Origin: Nemertoderma westbladi
Taxonomy: Eukaryota > Animalia > Xenacoelomorpha
Assembly: GCA_032718475.1 (NCBI GenBank)
Contig: JAUCBJ010000160.1
Location: 5,108-69,107, forward strand
Length of the DNA stretch: 64,000 nucleotides
Reading direction: 5' to 3'
The translations under genes were made by a program, and so were the position numbers. The notes below the pieces were generated by a model that made no database searches, was not told the origin of the DNA, and saw only the letters and a program-made list of their open reading frames with translations. Positions 61,801-64,000 of this stretch are shown here, piece after piece (the first letter of the stretch is position 1; every line of letters starts with the position of its first letter).

Positions 61801-64000
61801 CTTCGTTCCAACAATGAGGGACTCGTTTATTAGAGCGGGACTTTTACCCGCTGCTGGTCCTTACACGCAGGAGAATGTAGACCAAATCCTCACCAAATAC
61901 CAGTGGGAGCAACTGCGACACGTTCCAGGTGGGGTGAGAATGTCCGATAAGTATATTGTGGCAGCGGATCATGTGCTGCAAAACCTCATACTCAACAATG
62001 AGGTGACTACTTATGACACACCTACTGTACTCCTAAGTACACTGCAAGAGGAAAATACCATAAAAATTGCAGGAATGCTGCATGATCTCAAACTGGCCAC
62101 AATAAGAGCATTAAAGTTCGACGTAGCCATCGTCAACATGCCGTCATTAGATGAACTGATGGCTGCCACTTTAGAACGGCCTCTTCCATGGAAACCCCAA
62201 TTGGGAATGGCCCCCGGACAATCCCAGGAATCCATGGAGGAACAGAAATATGCCATTGAGTGCATAACTCGGGCAGTTGATAGACTTCTTTCGGGGCACC
62301 ACAGTTATTCAAAATTCCCCGTGATCCTTGGACCACCAGGCACTGGGAAAACTTTAGTGATGTGCTATGGTGCGGTTTATGCCATCGCAGGTGGCGCTAA
62401 TATTATATTCACATCATTGGCCGCCGAACGAGCAGTTAAATTTGGTGGAATACACATCCATCAATTACTGCCAATTCCTGTGATTGACCACGAGGGTGGC
62501 ATCACTAATGTTACAGTTAACTCGGAACAAACGGTACGAAAATTACATAACCACAAGGAGAAGTTGGCCTATCTGCGAAATTTACATGTACTTTTCGTAG
62601 AAGAAATAGGTACAGTGAGCGCGGAGATGTTCGCTGTACTGGATCAGGTTCTCCGCCATGTTCGTGAGAATGACTCTCCTTTGGGCGGTGTACTAATGAT
62701 TGCCACTGGCGATACAAAACAGCTGCCCCCAGTAAAAGGTCATCCAATATGGGTGTCAACCCATATGTTTACTACGTTCAACATAATTTTATTGAACCAT
62801 TTTGTCCGTTCCGCCCTTGACCCCGACCTTATTCGGGTGAACACACTTATCAGGAAATTGCACCTTTCCGAGGATGAGATTATAGAGTACACCTCTATTC
62901 TCTCTAGGAAGTGCAATTTCGTACGAACTTGGGACGAGGTTGACTCCTCTACCTTAAGGGTTTTTGGTAAGCGAAAGGCCGAACGGCAGAGCGTTAAACA
63001 TATGTTGCATGTCGTTGGAAGCAGTGGAAAGAAGTGCATGGCAGTCACTGCAGAAGATGAAGAGTCAGTAACTGGTCAATCTGCATGGAAGTCTGCTTCA
63101 GCTGCTACAAGTAAGGTCCTCAATAATCGAACCGATGAGCAAGTACTTACACTATTCTGTGGTGCTGTCATGCGGGTCACACGGAATGACCTCTCCCGGA
63201 AAGGCTGCTTCCAAGGCCAACTATGTGTAGTAACCTCTCTGCCTACTCAACCACTCGGGCCATTTAAAGTAATGGTGGCTCCACCCGGTCAAAGGTCGGT
63301 TCCAGACGACCTACAAGGTAGTGGTTGGAAGGAATATACAATTCGTAAATTCCAGTCATTGTCTTATTCCGTAGGTCGTGGAATTAGTGGCCGTCGAACA
63401 CAATACCCGTTGCGACATTTTATAGAGGCTACTATCCATCGTATCTTAGGAGATACAATATTAAAATTAGCCACCGCTATTAGTGAGGTTGAGAGCGAGT
63501 ACCACCTCTGGCTCCGCTCTCAATTAATCGTCTTGATTAGTAGACTAGAACTTCTAATTAACCTGACCTTCGTAGGAAACAAAGACGACATTCTCCTTGC
63601 TACATCTACTTTACTACGTCAGGTAAGTCAGTACGACGTGTACATTGAACATGTGTTGTCTGTTGTGGCAACCAATGCACAACGACTACCTTCCGACCTC
63701 TACCCCGTAGTGGACATGAGTCTCCACCCCTTCCGGCCAGGTAATGTGACCCTCCCACAAACAACTTCCGGTTACGTATATTGCCTGATCTCTAGACCCT
63801 GTCCCAACGTCACTTATATAGGGGAGTCACAGAGTCTGGTATCTGCCCTAAAGAACCACAACCAAGGGGGAACATTTGGCACTAGTGATGATTTTACATC
63901 CAACATTTCACTAAGACCATGGGCAGTGCTCGCCTTCTTCACTGGGTTCGACTATCAACTTGGAACCAGTTACCAACGGCAACAGGTCATAGCTGGTTGG
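55802..64000 (+). CDS. Helitron-like RepHel transposase with C-terminal GIY-YIG domain (3'-partial, >2733 aa)
   Basis: ATG at 55802 (MPFVSKKRKRH); frame appears open to window end. Rep motif I GEPTYFYTHS (60029), motif II EFQDTKGNVPHIHSL (60326), motif III YCVKYAAG (60878). Pif1 motifs GPPGTGKT (62330), LFVEEIG (62600), GDTKQLPPV (62708), QYPL..ATIHR (63401). GYVYCL...TYIGE...HNQG...LRPW (63770-63925). Confidence 0.92.
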   Translation, partial: MPFVSKKRKRHINKCSKCQCIISNERSGLSDVCDRCELSAVGTSSINSEIPLSNANDPQIITSSQIVPREVQVMLPTDTDSDVSINQVVSTSQPGITLPTGFDSDELINIIGLETNSQIEQPEVNVVLPTNTDHSINSIQYPIISPDNYYKTGFESESSLEYPDSDVADESFPTYQNESATQGILVDRCQLCSRFCSTHSDYCKAHQKRWDKRNPVTNTSTSLSVASATIECNASGSDDGSIRTSLTDDSSSSFDLSDDDDIDDFASDGEVIPGESQLSNQPLERRKYCIICNNTLVSHNSMYCTSHRAIQTVRSITTLNTNESDIAMVQQPLTHSTEILMCQNCFRWALPSNDIDLGYILRSSVAFTKHFRHIHKHSADAYTILCTLCAVYLTTKYNKSSARQWQFMWPSVLWHLLSVKGVVDDFHPWKFITTSLRESWLPSVSQMHHSLVDVTIEMPPPYFRDITTDISVFLDDINSMKLVRLIAALNRHPSCSVRCVYGCHEFLEFSKPISLAAILNEVVPDFTVYCSKHLKYMRPDWMETVSFLEIFQVAPSVTISNEEGLCIRVCKLHKGGNTLRYVHVPPNPVVGSFPCTIPDRLGSAVFVPRTFRTAKAGYASHTYQMWEEQGAYSGMTSFTLSTDRRFDVTDERVGQLESLLLQTRPDCLALLYNLVNNGQLSEQTMEQFINVLKPLDLQGLFSALSKGTAVPLSSALALRDQLGTVTVPNLEHIQENDPEHIGSLPDDQIDQVLEQVSLGNVVCDRVQSPVLLADQGDAVVEPLNNHPNIPEPVIGTVVGNPVQFNSSQMRLWPKIIPNLQNCDGYGAMPLVPIIKDNSNLVLYLCSSISLNVDAVWKSLQLSVNDGNFKWCGYLLRYLSKYITPFTASKNSNRNIPFIKRPTDLQINEVLRNIPSMESAEPVQQQVATIFSKLNKIEYIRIEHRSIISNENVSEFVQNLPPSSEVNVVFISTVERPSPAFSTPFVPAKIISINNINTWQLRLLATSSSTSAIIYQSYPFGVNGWYIESNKTPTKSPVLPTDILRKWSLAVYTTIYTVDGSLLRDQTLQSMGGQSKVKCATHQLPFIRELRNNTYKCGETLENGTRCKRVAAWRCPAFTAQPCKQCAAALCRKHWQSCSSDRGSFIVPPPEDEAILTVEHDEPFRDDDVIDDVYCDVSPEVEVISQEPLDYTDDLEFAMNSGVFSDDTGHDPAGAVPQTDSGLSSLSFNVERKMVPGHVILNHGMGLLQRRGHVVDTPASFKRWLENLVATTPTKSVSLMYPESILFPSIFWQLMEDGSIPGAIPHPLWGNSSARKMLGFESLSKQLQVRVLNQDLLTSTDPRYLQFIFDALLNVLFTHSDTRFVSNRGWEDILNFAGTLPKGNQTGLLNLDVTDSNTRVIELASWLAERGEPTYFYTHSFSMDSHYGVKPIFHQVECIVEKHRQQYILDNGLPCVGETYTCKMAESIRQSAMIQLLRSVQRAGSYHMNYIRFSAEQPLGEVDDMWYTWEFQDTKGNVPHIHSLIIVKNADKESDEVFLRIRASEQTFFTKDEIEEFLAEGLIRDRDHLDEIYRNLVRLIHDCEKSGFTCHKKVDSSGQRICRKHVNPPSHGHYYEELPNNHSKEALQVYQRLGMATINEYGTFQLHAPIRAGKHFYASEYTYPIFSPCNNRLFAATQCNDNLLVCDGCTSSRYCVKYAAGAEEKRDVRFTAGQASANVVHAQEDELKNIKISGPAILRKEELEKQASKQKTVFARLVGAPELGWHILHLPVTVPSSEFIHIPTTSIENRAGVVMPWKNQNPKHPAHTECERVRSQLLNLPSHRHFTSNQTMTMVDQQDSIISVDLMTVFCLRPPELLFVLRPKLYLTWFAQIKLPSKKSEIKSIHERKLRTNIRESMWVDGTNHIVQLRPSAVNELKSYCTNYNCKHANDSDRVTDMLSIIDLIELNDKQVTNNYIYQNCIFKDKIPIACDRTITPMNPVKFLVHLLLSMGEFITEIDLFFVPTMRDSFIRAGLLPAAGPYTQENVDQILTKYQWEQLRHVPGGVRMSDKYIVAADHVLQNLILNNEVTTYDTPTVLLSTLQEENTIKIAGMLHDLKLATIRALKFDVAIVNMPSLDELMAATLERPLPWKPQLGMAPGQSQESMEEQKYAIECITRAVDRLLSGHHSYSKFPVILGPPGTGKTLVMCYGAVYAIAGGANIIFTSLAAERAVKFGGIHIHQLLPIPVIDHEGGITNVTVNSEQTVRKLHNHKEKLAYLRNLHVLFVEEIGTVSAEMFAVLDQVLRHVRENDSPLGGVLMIATGDTKQLPPVKGHPIWVSTHMFTTFNIILLNHFVRSALDPDLIRVNTLIRKLHLSEDEIIEYTSILSRKCNFVRTWDEVDSSTLRVFGKRKAERQSVKHMLHVVGSSGKKCMAVTAEDEESVTGQSAWKSASAATSKVLNNRTDEQVLTLFCGAVMRVTRNDLSRKGCFQGQLCVVTSLPTQPLGPFKVMVAPPGQRSVPDDLQGSGWKEYTIRKFQSLSYSVGRGISGRRTQYPLRHFIEATIHRILGDTILKLATAISEVESEYHLWLRSQLIVLISRLELLINLTFVGNKDDILLATSTLLRQVSQYDVYIEHVLSVVATNAQRLPSDLYPVVDMSLHPFRPGNVTLPQTTSGYVYCLISRPCPNVTYIGESQSLVSALKNHNQGGTFGTSDDFTSNISLRPWAVLAFFTGFDYQLGTSYQRQQVIAGW

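Larger units (their letters stand above)
51500..64000 (+). mobile_element. Rolling-circle (Helitron/Helentron-like) transposon, termini not identified
   Basis: RepHel ORF plus divergent accessory ORF. The left boundary is a guess and the right end lies outside the window. Confidence 0.7.

Noticed and set aside
55780-63048. Many short ORFs listed in the track (minus strand and other frames)
   Set aside because: Shadows of the long RepHel frame that the track omitted for lack of a stop codon.

Overview
AT-rich eukaryotic (probably bilaterian animal) DNA dominated by mobile elements. Several of them lie in the introns of a minus-strand polycystin-1/REJ-domain-like gene, of which four phase-compatible exons were reconstructed by hand (43098-42879, 23022-22856, 20597-20480, 14268-14120). 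Left to right: (1) a BEL/Pao LTR retrotransposon with intact gag-pol, an unusual second 1241-aa ORF (DEDDy 3'-5' exonuclease plus three CCHC knuckles), a dispersed 20-nt hairpin motif and a tRNA-like unit in its putative 3' LTR; (2) two truncated RTE LINE copies, one interrupted by a structured SINE; (3) a 2.9-kb foldback element rich in X-box palindromes; (4) a ~19.6-kb two-monomer (21/20 bp) satellite filling one intron; (5) SINE and L2/CR1 relics and an intronless RPL23; (6) a Helitron-like locus. In (6), a >2733-codon ORF missing from the ORF track because it runs off the right edge encodes HUH Rep, a divergent Pif1 helicase and a C-terminal SLX1-like GIY-YIG domain, and sits head-to-head with a 389-aa putative OB-fold/Zn accessory gene. 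All calls come from manual motif reading; no database searches were run.
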